A stretch of 64,000 nucleotides of DNA, taken from Candidatus Daviesbacteria bacterium RIFCSPHIGHO2_12_FULL_37_16 (GTDB taxonomy: Bacteria; Patescibacteriota; Microgenomatia; Daviesbacterales; UBA10151). The translations under genes were made by a program, and so were the position numbers. Location: positions 16,769-80,768 of the forward strand of contig MFDF01000006.1 of NCBI GenBank assembly GCA_001776785.1. The letters run 5' to 3'. This document shows, piece by piece, positions 29,966 through 39,802 of the stretch; within the stretch, counting starts at the first letter, position 1; each line of letters opens with the position of its first letter. The notes beneath the pieces were generated by a model, which was not told the DNA's origin, made no database searches, and saw nothing but the letters and a program-made list of their open reading frames with translations.

Positions 29966-32292
29966 ATTTTTAAGGGAGTCATTTCACCCCAGTTTGAGCC
30001 TGATTTTAGGTCAACTACTACTGGAATATCAAGTTTTAGGGCGTTTTCCATCTTCTCTTTTATTAATTTGGCAGTTTTTTCTAAATTTTTAGGGTTACAT
30101 TCAAAGAGAAGCTCATCATGAACCTGGAGAATGAGTCTACAGCTATCAGACCGCTCACTTTGTTCGCTGTCAGTCTTCAGATTTTTTTTATCTGATGACT
30201 GACGACTGACGACTGATAGCTCTCTCCCAATCTCTACCATGGCTTTTTTGATCATGTCTGCGCTAGTTCCCTGGATTGGGTGGTTGATGGCAGCCCGCTC
30301 CCCAAAAGATTTGAGCATCCTGTTGCCAGCCTGGAGTTCCGGGATATACCTTCTTCTGCCAGATAGAGTTTCTACAAACCCCATTTTATAACCAAACTCT
30401 AAAACACTGGCCATCCAGTTTCTAACTTTGGGGAATTGGGCAAAGTATTCTTCTATATAAAGCTTGGCTGTAGCATAGTCCACCTTTAGTTGCTGAGAGA
30501 GAGCCCTTGGGCCCTGTCCATAAAGGGTGGCAAAGTTCATGGTTTTTCCTACCATCCTCTGCTGTCTGGTAATCTGGTCTAAAGGGACATTAAAGATTTT
30601 TGAGGCTGTGATGGCATGGATATCCAAGCCTTCTTTAAAAGCTTTTTCTAAATTTTTATCCCCACTAAGGTGGGCTAAGATCCTTAGTTCAATTTGGGAA
30701 TAGTCAGCACCCAATAAAACTTTACCTTTAGGGGCAATGAGTACTCCAAGCGCTTTGCGCTTGTCCTCCTCTTGACCTTCGGCAATAAAAGCTTTTCTGA
30801 TTTCCCCACCCATTTCTCCTTTAACAGGAATATTTTGCAGGTTTGGGTTAGTTGAAGAGAGTCTGCCAGTAGCTGCTCCTTCTACATTAAAGGTTGAGTG
30901 GACCCGGGCGTCTATACCTACTGATTTGGGGAGGGCATCAATGTAGGTTGAGACCAGTTTAAAAAGAGTCCTGTATTCTAATAAAAGAGGGATTGAAGGG
31001 TGGGCTGAGGAGAGCTCATTTAAAGTTTGTTCATCTGTACTTCTTCCAGTTTTCGTTTTTCTGATCACAGGCAGATGGAGTTCATCAAATAAGACCTCTG
31101 AAAGCTGTTTTGGACTGTTAAGATTGAACTCATGTCCTATAAATGAGTAAATTTGTTTCTCTAAACCTAATAATCTGGCTTTTAAGTCTTTTCCTAATCT
31201 TTCTAAAAACTTAAGATCTATTAGTACCCCAGCTTCTGTCATCTTCTTTAGGACTGGTTCCACAGCCTGGTCTAAATCAGTAGTGTGCTGGTTTTGTATC
31301 CCCCTGTCATTGCGAGGAGTCCCGACTTCAGTCGTGGACGACGCGGCAATCTCTAAATCCAAACTAGATTGCTTCGCTGCGCTCGCAATGACGTTTGAAG
31401 AGCCTTTTAATGGATCAGATCCTGAGCCAGTGAGCCTTGTAATTAGGCTTTTAAATTCAAGCTCTTCAAAGACAGAAATAACCTTACCTTTATCATAGTC
31501 ATGGACTTTGCAGGCTGATAAATCAAGCTTAATAGGTGCTTTTAAATCTAATGTTGCTAGTTTTTTACTCAAAACTGCAGATTCAGCTCCCTCTGATAAT
31601 AATTTCTGCATTCTTTCTGGTAGAGTCTTTAGATTTTTAGGAATGTAGATTTTTTCCATTGAACCAAACTGGTTTATAAGTTTGGTGGCAGAAACTTCTC
31701 CAATGCCTGCTACTCCAGGGATGTTGTCTGATTGGTCCCCTGCTAAAGCTTTATAATCAATAATTTGTTTGGGTTCAAAGTTAAACCTGGCAAAGAATTC
31801 ATCCCTGCCATAAAGGCCAACATCTGTTAAAGTTTTTCTGGGCATTAAAATTTTTATTCTCTTGTCTATAATTTGCATAATGTCCCTGTCTCCTGTTAAA
31901 ACAATTACTTCCAGCTTTTTATCTTTTTCTACTGCCTGGCGGGCAAGGGTGCCTATTAAATCATCTGCTTCATAGCCATCTACTCCAAATTCAGGGATAT
32001 TTAAAGCATTAATTACCTGGTGGACCCTGTCATACTGGCTGTGAAGGCTGTCATCTGTTGGGCCCCTGGTAGCTTTATATTGAGTGTAAGCAGCATGCCT
32101 GAAGGTTGGAGCAGCTTTGTCCCAGGCTATAGCCATAAAGTCAGGAGTGAGATCATCCCAGCATTTTAAAAGCATATTTGTTAAACCTAAAACTGCATTA
32201 ATTAACTCACCTTTTGAGGTGGTTAAAGGAGGGGTGGCATGATAAGCTCTGTGGAGCAGTGCATTTCCATCTACAAGAACTAACCTTTTCAT
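29962..32292 (-). CDS. polA: DNA polymerase I (5'-nuclease + polymerase domains, compact Taq-like length) carrying two in-frame repeat-derived insertions
   Basis: N-terminal LVDGNALLHRAYHA (5'-3' exonuclease). Motif A DYSQIELR, motif B RxxAKxxNFGxxYG and motif C QVHDE are present. Insertions at ~30150-30225 and 31306-31392 coincide with repeat DNA. Confidence 0.9.
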   Translation of the reverse strand: MKRLVLVDGNALLHRAYHATPPLTTSKGELINAVLGLTNMLLKCWDDLTPDFMAIAWDKAAPTFRHAAYTQYKATRGPTDDSLHSQYDRVHQVINALNIPEFGVDGYEADDLIGTLARQAVEKDKKLEVIVLTGDRDIMQIIDKRIKILMPRKTLTDVGLYGRDEFFARFNFEPKQIIDYKALAGDQSDNIPGVAGIGEVSATKLINQFGSMEKIYIPKNLKTLPERMQKLLSEGAESAVLSKKLATLDLKAPIKLDLSACKVHDYDKGKVISVFEELEFKSLITRLTGSGSDPLKGSSNVIASAAKQSSLDLEIAASSTTEVGTPRNDRGIQNQHTTDLDQAVEPVLKKMTEAGVLIDLKFLERLGKDLKARLLGLEKQIYSFIGHEFNLNSPKQLSEVLFDELHLPVIRKTKTGRSTDEQTLNELSSAHPSIPLLLEYRTLFKLVSTYIDALPKSVGIDARVHSTFNVEGAATGRLSSTNPNLQNIPVKGEMGGEIRKAFIAEGQEEDKRKALGVLIAPKGKVLLGADYSQIELRILAHLSGDKNLEKAFKEGLDIHAITASKIFNVPLDQITRQQRMVGKTMNFATLYGQGPRALSQQLKVDYATAKLYIEEYFAQFPKVRNWMASVLEFGYKMGFVETLSGRRRYIPELQAGNRMLKSFGERAAINHPIQGTSADMIKKAMVEIGRELSVVSRQSSDKKNLKTDSEQSERSDSCRLILQVHDELLFECNPKNLEKTAKLIKEKMENALKLDIPVVVDLKSGSNWGEMTPLKI
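31306..31392. repeat. Palindromic repeat element, copy D, with perfect 11-bp terminal inverted repeat GTCATTGCGAG/CTCGCAATGAC, in-frame inside polA
   Basis: TIRs read directly from the sequence. The segment translates in frame as VIASAAKQSSLDLEIAASSTTEVGTPRND between the 5'-nuclease and polymerase domains. Confidence 0.6.
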
Positions 32293-32316
32293 GAAGTGAT
32301 TTTAACAGATTTTGAA

Positions 32317-32895
32317 CTAAAAAAGCGGGATGTTTCTGAATCTTGGATCATTTCTGGTTTTTCTTCTTGAGAGCGGACCTGAGACTTTTAGGGGGACTTC
32401 TAATTCATCACTGCCTACTCCATGGACATTGAATGGCCTTGGTCCAACCATTACCTTGATTGCCTGGTCTGGATAAATATTAATCCTGCATGCATCTAAG
32501 AAAGCTCTATCTAATTCTTTCCAGGCAGGAGACCAGCCATATCTCCATGACTCTAAATCTTGTAATCTAGTGGAGCCTATTCTTTCAAGATCAGGCTGGA
32601 TAACCCTTATTTGATCCCATCCAAATTTCCATCTGCCTTCCATAGCAATACCACTTAGAAACCTTAATCTGCCCCTTAATAACTTAAATGCCTTTGGATT
32701 CCCTTCAAAACGGGTGCCTATATAATCTTGCGGATAATCCATTCTATACCACTCCCAGCCATGAGATTTTGTTTCACCAATCCAGCCATAATTCCAAAGT
32801 TCTAATGCATTGCGCAAAGCACTGTCAAAGGGGTTGGTGGGATTTGGTCCATATTCCCAGTAGTGTTTGAATTGTTCTGCTCTTTCTAGTGACAT
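32317..32895 (-). CDS. Hypothetical Trp-rich protein
   Basis: 192-aa ORF with many W/Y/R residues. No known motif. Confidence 0.3.
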   Translation of the reverse strand: MSLERAEQFKHYWEYGPNPTNPFDSALRNALELWNYGWIGETKSHGWEWYRMDYPQDYIGTRFEGNPKAFKLLRGRLRFLSGIAMEGRWKFGWDQIRVIQPDLERIGSTRLQDLESWRYGWSPAWKELDRAFLDACRINIYPDQAIKVMVGPRPFNVHGVGSDELEVPLKVSGPLSRRKTRNDPRFRNIPLF

Positions 32896-32907
32896 AAAAG
32901 GAGAGTA

Positions 32908-33651
32908 TTACTGCAAAGTCTTGAAAATTCCAAATGGATATTCTACAGGATTTCCTTTATAACCATACCTGGTGATGTGATACATAGACCTTAACATCTT
33001 TATTGCATAATTTCTTCTGCCCTCTAAAACATACCTTCTGACTGAGGTATACATCTTCGAGCTTTTTAAATAGATAAACTTGCCCCCTACTTTGGCAATT
33101 TTCTGAATAATTTCTGAATCCTCACCTAGATAGATATCCTCTGCATATCCTCCAACTTTTAGGAATATATCCCTTCTTATATACTGATTCATGCCATTAG
33201 CCATGGGCCAGAAGGGTTTGATCAGGGCAAAAACAGAGTTCATTCCATAAAAAAAGATCTTATCTTTCCATAAATCAGAGAGTGGATAATTAAAAGCTGC
33301 TGCAGAGTCAGGCTTTTTTTTATAAATTTCCTCCATATATTTTTCCAGGGTATTAGGAGAAAGCATAAGCATGTCTGCATCCATAAATAAAAGGTGGTTT
33401 GAGATTGTGGATTTTGCCCCAATATTTCTTTGTTTGGCTGCAGTTGACCTTTTAACTTTTAAAATTTTAATCTGGCTTAGATAAAACTTTCTTTTTTCTA
33501 TTTCTTCTATAGTGGCGTCAGAGGAGTTTGCATCAACCACACAGATTTCTTTTGGGTGGACAGATTGGAAATATATAGAGTCCAAAAGTCTGCCTATAAA
33601 CTTTTCCTCATTGAGGGTGGGTATTACTATTGCAAGGTCAATTGTTTTCAT
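32908..33651 (-). CDS. Glycosyltransferase family 2
   Basis: IVIPTLNEE...VVDANSSDAT...DAD GT-A motifs. Confidence 0.65.
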   Translation of the reverse strand: MKTIDLAIVIPTLNEEKFIGRLLDSIYFQSVHPKEICVVDANSSDATIEEIEKRKFYLSQIKILKVKRSTAAKQRNIGAKSTISNHLLFMDADMLMLSPNTLEKYMEEIYKKKPDSAAAFNYPLSDLWKDKIFFYGMNSVFALIKPFWPMANGMNQYIRRDIFLKVGGYAEDIYLGEDSEIIQKIAKVGGKFIYLKSSKMYTSVRRYVLEGRRNYAIKMLRSMYHITRYGYKGNPVEYPFGIFKTLQ

Positions 33652-33684
33652 AAACTGACTGGACAGTGTTACAATTTTATCACA

Positions 33685-34761
33685 ATGCGCAAAATTTTAG
33701 TCTTTTATTCAAAAACAGGCTCAGGACACTTAAGGGCTGCCCAGGCTTTAAAAGAGGAGATTGAGGCTAATCCGCCAGCTGGCGTAAGTATAGAGGTGGT
33801 CTTACAAGAGGGTTTGGGCAAAGCCAGGATGGGGGTAAAAACTGACCCAAGTTTTGCTTATGCTTTATTTTCTTCTAAGCTCCAGGGGTTTTATAACTTT
33901 ATCTATGTAGTTACCAACAACAAACTTGGGGTAAAACTTTTAAGGCTTTTTATAAGAGGGGTTTGGGGGAAGAATTTAAGACAGATTATAGATTCTGAAA
34001 AACCAGATTTGATAATTACAACCCACCATCATATATCCCCCCAAACTGTTGGGAGGAGCAAACACAAGGCCCCATTTATAAATATAGTGACAGATTTAGG
34101 GTATCCTCACATTATCTGGTTTGATAAAAATTTAGACAAAATTATCACTCCAACTGAAGTTATAAGCAAATATGCTCAGGCTTTAACAAAAGGCCAAAGT
34201 AATAAAATTGTGCATATTGATTACCCACTTAAAAACCACTTTAAAACTATTAAAAAAGAGGGGTTTTCTAATACTTTATTAGTTTTAGGGGGAGGGTTAG
34301 GGAGTGGAAATATTAAAAAGCAGGTTGAAGTGCTTTTGGATAATTTTCCCAGCAAAAAGATAGTAGTAGTTTGCGGGGAGAATAAAAAATTATTTAAAGA
34401 ACTGGATTCCCGCTTATCGGCTGGGAATGACAATTTAGAAGTACATGGGTATGTTGACCACTTAATGGAGCTTTATCAGGAGGCAGATATTATTTTAACC
34501 AAAGCAGGGCCAGGGACAATAGTTGAGTGTGCTGTTTTAAAAAAACCTCTAATAATTACTTCGTGGATTGGGATGCAGGAGAAGGATAATGTGGATTTTG
34601 TGGTAGATAACCACTTAGGAGTTTATGTACCTGATCCAAGAAAACTTCCAGGGGCAATAAACAGGGTTTATGCCAGTTATGATAAATACACCCAGGGTAA
34701 TTCCCTATTTTCAGATGGGACTAAAAAAATAGTTGAGTATATATTAAAAGGATATAGTTAA
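33685..34761 (+). CDS. GT28-family glycosyltransferase (MGDG synthase / UgtP / MurG-like)
   Basis: ILVFYSKTGSGHLRAAQAL N-terminal G-loop and C-terminal GAGTIVEC. Start moved to MRKILVFY (33685) to avoid overlap with the GT2 gene. Confidence 0.55.
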   Translation: MRKILVFYSKTGSGHLRAAQALKEEIEANPPAGVSIEVVLQEGLGKARMGVKTDPSFAYALFSSKLQGFYNFIYVVTNNKLGVKLLRLFIRGVWGKNLRQIIDSEKPDLIITTHHHISPQTVGRSKHKAPFINIVTDLGYPHIIWFDKNLDKIITPTEVISKYAQALTKGQSNKIVHIDYPLKNHFKTIKKEGFSNTLLVLGGGLGSGNIKKQVEVLLDNFPSKKIVVVCGENKKLFKELDSRLSAGNDNLEVHGYVDHLMELYQEADIILTKAGPGTIVECAVLKKPLIITSWIGMQEKDNVDFVVDNHLGVYVPDPRKLPGAINRVYASYDKYTQGNSLFSDGTKKIVEYILKGYS

Positions 34762-34875
34762 GGGAATTTCTCCACTCCAGTCGAAGAGAATGAATTCTTT
34801 TTTGTTCGAGCGCAGCCGAGAACTACAAAATGTACTTCTCGACTCACTTCGTTCGCTCGAAGAGGAAGTGAGAGG

Positions 34876-35082
34876 TTAAGCTTTTAACTCAGACTGTTTA
34901 ACTATTTCTGAATAGACTCCATTATTTTTAAGTAACTGGGAGTGGGTGCCTTTTTCTACCAGCCTGCCCCTTTCCATGACTATAATCTGGTTTGCCCGCT
35001 GGACTGTTGAGAGCCTGTGGGCAATGACTATTTTAGTAATTGAGCGCTGCTTTGAGATATCCTCCAGGGCTTTTTGAATCAA
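34876..35082 (-). pseudogene. C-terminal remnant of an ABC exporter ATP-binding/permease protein
   Basis: The 68-aa ORF IAHRLSTVQRANQIIVMERGRLVEKGTHSQLL...GVY matches only the last ~70 residues of MsbA-type ABC ATPases (H-loop onward). No Walker A or TM domain lies upstream. Confidence 0.5.
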
Positions 35083-35083
35083 G

Positions 35084-37027
35084 CTATGCTAGTATTGGGG
35101 TTTGGGTGGATCTTGGGACTGAGCCTCTTTTTTTACCCACAATACTCTCAAATTCATCTGTATCTAAGGTTTCTATATCTAAAAGAGCTTTGGCAACTTT
35201 ATCTAAGTTGTGCCTGTTTTTCTTTAAGATAACTTTAGCCTGGGCATAACCTGTGTCTATTATTTTTTTAACCTCTGCATCTATTTTTGACTGCATAGAT
35301 TCTGAAATATCAGTACCCTCTTCCCCTCCCCTGTACATGCCAAACATTGAGCGGGGCTTAATATTTATCGGACCTATGGATGACATCCCATATTCCATGA
35401 CCATATCCCTGGCAATTGAGGTTGCAACTTCTAAATCATTGGCTGCGCCTGTTGAAACATCTGTAAAGACCAGCTCTTCTGCAGCCCTTCCACCTAAGGC
35501 TGTAGAGATCTGTTCAAGTAACCTTGATTTTGTTTCATTTGACCTATCCTCTGTTGGAGGAAACATAGTGTGGCCCCCAGACATTCCCCTGGAGACTATG
35601 GTGATCCTGTGGACCGGGTCTACATTTGGCAGGTTGTGGCCAACTATAGCATGACCTGCTTCATGGTAGGCTGCTAAGGACCTATCCCTTTCAGACTGCA
35701 TCCTTTTTCTTTGGGGACCTAGTTTTACTTTGGTTGCAGCTTCTTCCAAGTCTTTATTATCAATTTCTTTTTTAGCCTCCCTGGCAGCTAGAATTGCAGC
35801 CTCATTTAACATGTTAGCCAAATCTGCTCCAGAAAACCCTACAGTTCTTCTGGCTATTCTTTCTACATCTACATCTTTAGTAAAGGGTTTTCCCTTCATA
35901 TGAAGTCCAATTATGGCTTTTCTTTCAAATAGGTCGGGCATGCCAATAACTACCCTCCTGTCAAACCTTCCTGGCCTAACCAGTGCTGGGTCTAATAAAT
36001 CTGGCCTGTTGGTTGCACCAATGACTATGACTGATTCATTTGGGGCAAACCCATCCATCTCTACTAAAATCTGGTTTAAGGTCTGTTCCCTTTCATCATG
36101 GCCTCCTGAGAAGCCCTGGCCCCTCATCCTGCCAATAGATTCAATCTCATCAATAAAAATTATTGAGGGGGCATTTTTTTTAGCAGTTGCAAACATATCC
36201 CTGACCCTGGCTGCACCCACTCCAACTAACATTTCCATAAATTCTGAGCCTGCAATAGAGAAAAATGGGACACCTGCCTCACCTGCAACACTTCTTGAAA
36301 GCAGGGTTTTTCCAGTTCCCGGAGGCCCTACTAAAAGCACGCCTTTAGGGGTCCTGGCTCCAATCTCTTTATATTTTCCGGGGTTTTTCAAAAAATCAAC
36401 AACCTCAGAAAGCTCCTGCTTGGCTTCATCTACACCTGCCACATCTGTAAATTTAACCTGAGGGGCATCTTTAGAATAAAGCTTTGCCCTTGACTGGCCA
36501 AAAGAGAATATTCCCTGGCCTGCATCTTTGGCCTGCCTGAAGATAAAGAAAAAGAGGATGACCATAACTAAAACCGGGAGTAGGGTTCCAAGCAAAGCAA
36601 ACCAGCCCTGCTGCCAGGACATATCTTTTATTTCTATATTGACTGTTTTTGGGTCAACATCTGAGTTTTTTAAAACCTGATAGATAGATTCCCCTGGTTC
36701 TTTTCTGGTGGAGGCTACTTTGCCATCTTTATAATTTACACTGACTTTATCTCCTTCTAAATCCAGTTTTTGGACTTTTTGGTCTTTTACATCCTGGACA
36801 GCCTGAGAGAGAGGGATCTGATCACCAGTTTTTGTGCCACCAGAAAGTCCTGCAAAAAAGACCAGGGCTGCCAGGGTAATAAGTACATAGACTGCAATTC
36901 CCCTTAAAAAACCTATAAATTTATTTGGGGCCCCATTTTTGCCTTTTTGGGATGAAAATGGGTTTTTTGCTTTTATTGGGAGCTTGAATTTAGCATTTGA
37001 GTTTGCCATCTGCCAAATATACCACAA
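35084..37027 (-). CDS. ftsH: ATP-dependent zinc metalloprotease FtsH
   Basis: N-terminal TM segments, AAA module (GPPGTGKT, DEID), and HEAGHA zinc motif. Confidence 0.9.
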   Translation of the reverse strand: MWYIWQMANSNAKFKLPIKAKNPFSSQKGKNGAPNKFIGFLRGIAVYVLITLAALVFFAGLSGGTKTGDQIPLSQAVQDVKDQKVQKLDLEGDKVSVNYKDGKVASTRKEPGESIYQVLKNSDVDPKTVNIEIKDMSWQQGWFALLGTLLPVLVMVILFFFIFRQAKDAGQGIFSFGQSRAKLYSKDAPQVKFTDVAGVDEAKQELSEVVDFLKNPGKYKEIGARTPKGVLLVGPPGTGKTLLSRSVAGEAGVPFFSIAGSEFMEMLVGVGAARVRDMFATAKKNAPSIIFIDEIESIGRMRGQGFSGGHDEREQTLNQILVEMDGFAPNESVIVIGATNRPDLLDPALVRPGRFDRRVVIGMPDLFERKAIIGLHMKGKPFTKDVDVERIARRTVGFSGADLANMLNEAAILAAREAKKEIDNKDLEEAATKVKLGPQRKRMQSERDRSLAAYHEAGHAIVGHNLPNVDPVHRITIVSRGMSGGHTMFPPTEDRSNETKSRLLEQISTALGGRAAEELVFTDVSTGAANDLEVATSIARDMVMEYGMSSIGPINIKPRSMFGMYRGGEEGTDISESMQSKIDAEVKKIIDTGYAQAKVILKKNRHNLDKVAKALLDIETLDTDEFESIVGKKRGSVPRSTQTPILA

Positions 37028-37046
37028 ACTGAGCCTAAAAGCTAGA

Positions 37047-37649
37047 CTAATAAAGAGTAGGGGGCCTTAAATATTCTCTTAAAGGTCCGGCATTAGAACA
37101 GTCCCTTAATCTCTTCATACCATCAATTGTAATTTGCCGTGCACGCGTTGCTGAAGTTCCTAAAACTTCCAAGCCAACTTCTTCATAAGTTCTTAACATT
37201 CCATCAGCAAGTCCAAATCTGAATATTATTGCATCTACAGCCCTTGGATGTAGCACTGTCAAACCCCACCTTGCATCTTCTGCTTTATCTTGTTTTACTA
37301 AACAGGGATCTATTGTTGTACATTTAAGAAAGACTGTTACCAGATCCTGCTGTAATTGTCTAAACCTGTTATTATCCAGTTTTTCTACTCTTTCGTTAAA
37401 AGTTTCCTCTAAGAGATCCCTATAGCAAGGTTTAATTACATCAATTTCATCATCTTCAATGTCCATTAATCCCTGGACGCGGGCCTTAAATGAAGCTAAA
37501 TAGACATCTAGTTCTGTCCTTAAATCTTTAACTCTGTAAATCTGGGACGAGGTTTTAATTTCTGCACCTGGAATGTTCCTTGCAGTTTCCAGTAGCTGCT
37601 CCTGAGAACCTTCAGGAACCCATATTCTTAAATTAATTTCAGGACTCAT
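37047..37649 (-). CDS. Hypothetical protein with C-terminal sigma-70 region-4-like HTH
   Basis: C-terminal LRTYEEVGLEVLGTSATRARQITIDGMKRLR resembles the sigma70 region 4 helix-turn-helix. Lies immediately upstream of ftsH. Confidence 0.35.
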   Translation of the reverse strand: MSPEINLRIWVPEGSQEQLLETARNIPGAEIKTSSQIYRVKDLRTELDVYLASFKARVQGLMDIEDDEIDVIKPCYRDLLEETFNERVEKLDNNRFRQLQQDLVTVFLKCTTIDPCLVKQDKAEDARWGLTVLHPRAVDAIIFRFGLADGMLRTYEEVGLEVLGTSATRARQITIDGMKRLRDCSNAGPLREYLRPPTLY

Positions 37650-37686
37650 AGTATTGAATTATTACCTTTGCTGATAAAAAAGTCAA

Positions 37687-38022
37687 TTATCTAATTTTAG
37701 AACCATTGGGGACTTTTTTGGAGGGTTTGAGTATGACAGGTTTGTCTTCACCCACTGCCAGAAGCATGCCCTGAGACTGCAATCCCATCATTAACCTTGG
37801 TTCTAAGTTTGTGACATAGACAAATTGTTTTCCAACCAAAGAGTCAGGTTTATACCATTTTTTAATTCCTGAAAGGATCTGGCGCTTTTCATCCCCAAAA
37901 TCCACAATCTGTTTAATCAATTTATCTGAACCTTCTACTTCTTCAGCTTCTAAAACAGTCCCAACTCTCATTTCCAGTTTTACAAAATCATCAATTGTGG
38001 CCATGTCTTTTGTATTCTCCAT
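37687..38022 (-). CDS. tRNA-binding domain protein (CsaA/Trbp111/EMAP-like)
   Basis: IDDFVKLEMRVGTVLEAEEV...LVGKQFVYVTNLEP...QGMLLA matches the tRNA-binding OB-fold family. Confidence 0.6.
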   Translation of the reverse strand: MENTKDMATIDDFVKLEMRVGTVLEAEEVEGSDKLIKQIVDFGDEKRQILSGIKKWYKPDSLVGKQFVYVTNLEPRLMMGLQSQGMLLAVGEDKPVILKPSKKVPNGSKIR

Positions 38023-38500
38023 AATATTTTGGATTTAGTAGTTCGTCAATTGGATAGCTTCTGCCTCCATCTAGACAAGCTTCTTGAACATAATAGTTCA
38101 TTTCTCTGTTTTTATCTGGAGAGAGCATTGACCCTAAAAATCCAAATTCCACCATTGCATCTTCTGCCTCATGAATAATCAATCCTACTGCCAGACCATG
38201 AACATATTCAACAGTGATTACTCCTCCCTTTTTCCAGCTGTAAACCTTTTTTAGCTTTTTATCATATTCATTGTATGTAGGAAAATTCAAAGCTATTTGG
38301 TCTGTTCTGGGAAAAAGTTTTGTTTCTACAACATGATGTTCTTCAAAAGTTATATCACTATAGTTAATTTCTACATAAGGACCTCTATACCTTAAACTGT
38401 TTTTACCTTCTTCAATGCTGCCCATAAAGAGTTCTACAGTTATAATTTCATATTGATTTCCTTGAGAATTTGATCGCTGAACAGGTTCTTCTTCCTTCAT
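37991..38500 (-). CDS. Hypothetical protein
   Basis: 169-aa ORF. Confidence 0.3.
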   Translation of the reverse strand: MKEEEPVQRSNSQGNQYEIITVELFMGSIEEGKNSLRYRGPYVEINYSDITFEEHHVVETKLFPRTDQIALNFPTYNEYDKKLKKVYSWKKGGVITVEYVHGLAVGLIIHEAEDAMVEFGFLGSMLSPDKNREMNYYVQEACLDGGRSYPIDELLNPKYYGEYKRHGHN

Positions 38501-38534
38501 AGATGTGAGATTATAGGCTTTTTAAAAAAGAACT

Positions 38535-39533
38535 TCAATCAAAGTAATTTAGCTTCATGGCTTTTTTAACTTCTGTCAAAGTTTTTTTGGCCTCAATCCT
38601 GGCTTTTTGAGTACCTTCTTTGAGGATCTTTTCTACCAGTTCTGGATCTTCTTCATACTTTTTCCTTCTTTCCCTGATAGGTTCTAAAAAGGTATTTAAA
38701 ACTTCAACTAGGAATTTTTTAACCTCCACATCCCCTACAGTACCTTCTTTATATCTCTCTTTGTAACTTGTAACTTGTGACTGGTGACTTGAATCTGAGA
38801 ATGCATCTAGATAAGTAAATACTGGATTGCCCTCAACATTTCCCGGGACTGTGGGGCTTGTTCTATTTGGGTCTGTGTACATTCCCATAACCTTTTTCTC
38901 AACAACTTCTTTAGAGTCTGTCAGGTAGATTGCATTGCCTGTGGATTTACCCATTTTACCTGCACCATCTGTGCCTGGAAGAGTAGGAACTTCACCTATC
39001 AGGGGCTCTGGAATAGGAAAAACTTCTCCATAGAGGTTGTTAAACTTAATAGCTATGTCCCTGGCAAACTCTACATGGGCTTTTTGGTCTTTACCCACAG
39101 GAACCAGGTGAGCTCTGGGGGTAAGGATATCTGCAGCCATGAGTACGGGGTAATAATATAGTCCTACTGTGTCCTGATTACCCTGGTCTAGTTTTTCTTT
39201 TAGAGCAGGCTGGCGCTGTATAACTGCCCTGGGAGTGAGAGTGGAGAGATAGTAAGCAATCTCAGTAGTTTCTGGCAGGCCTGACTGGAGACAGAAAGTG
39301 ACTTTGTCTGGATCCAAACCCACAGAAAGATACCCAAGCATTAAGCCTTTTATATTTTCTTTTAAAACATCAGTCCTGTCAAAATGGGTGGTCAGGGCAT
39401 GCAGATCTGCAATCAGGATAAAGGTTTCATACTCATCCTGAAGCTTAACCCTGTTTTGCAAAGAACCCACATAATTTCCAAGATGAAAACTATCTGAGGT
39501 TGGTCTGTCTCCTGTTAAAATTCTTTTTTTCAT
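38535..39533 (-). CDS. trpS: Tryptophanyl-tRNA synthetase
   Basis: HLGNYVG (HIGH-class) and KMGKS motifs. Internal 7-mer tandem run GTAACTT/GTGACTT at ~38758-38790. Confidence 0.85.
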   Translation of the reverse strand: MKKRILTGDRPTSDSFHLGNYVGSLQNRVKLQDEYETFILIADLHALTTHFDRTDVLKENIKGLMLGYLSVGLDPDKVTFCLQSGLPETTEIAYYLSTLTPRAVIQRQPALKEKLDQGNQDTVGLYYYPVLMAADILTPRAHLVPVGKDQKAHVEFARDIAIKFNNLYGEVFPIPEPLIGEVPTLPGTDGAGKMGKSTGNAIYLTDSKEVVEKKVMGMYTDPNRTSPTVPGNVEGNPVFTYLDAFSDSSHQSQVTSYKERYKEGTVGDVEVKKFLVEVLNTFLEPIRERRKKYEEDPELVEKILKEGTQKARIEAKKTLTEVKKAMKLNYFD

Positions 39534-39802
39534 AAATTCCTTTTTAGTTTATCACAACTTCTGTTTTACTTGGGGCCAATCCTGACCCCAAGTTTACCAG
39601 CCTCCCATTCCATATGGGTAGAAGATAATCTGTTTTGGGAAAAACCTTTCACAACCCCTGCCTTCAATAAACCCATCTAGCCTATTTCCCTTTTGGTCTA
39701 TCTGTCCAGCCTCAATACAGACTTTTTTATCTTCCTGCATTTGCCTATCAGTATCAACCATAAGCTTAAGCCCAAAACTTGTTGTCAGAATTGCTAAACC
39801 TG

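Noticed and set aside
35040-36461. Plus-strand ORFs overlapping ftsH (35040-35249, 35253-35654, 35913-36461)
   Set aside because: Shadow ORFs antisense to the highly conserved FtsH AAA/protease CDS.
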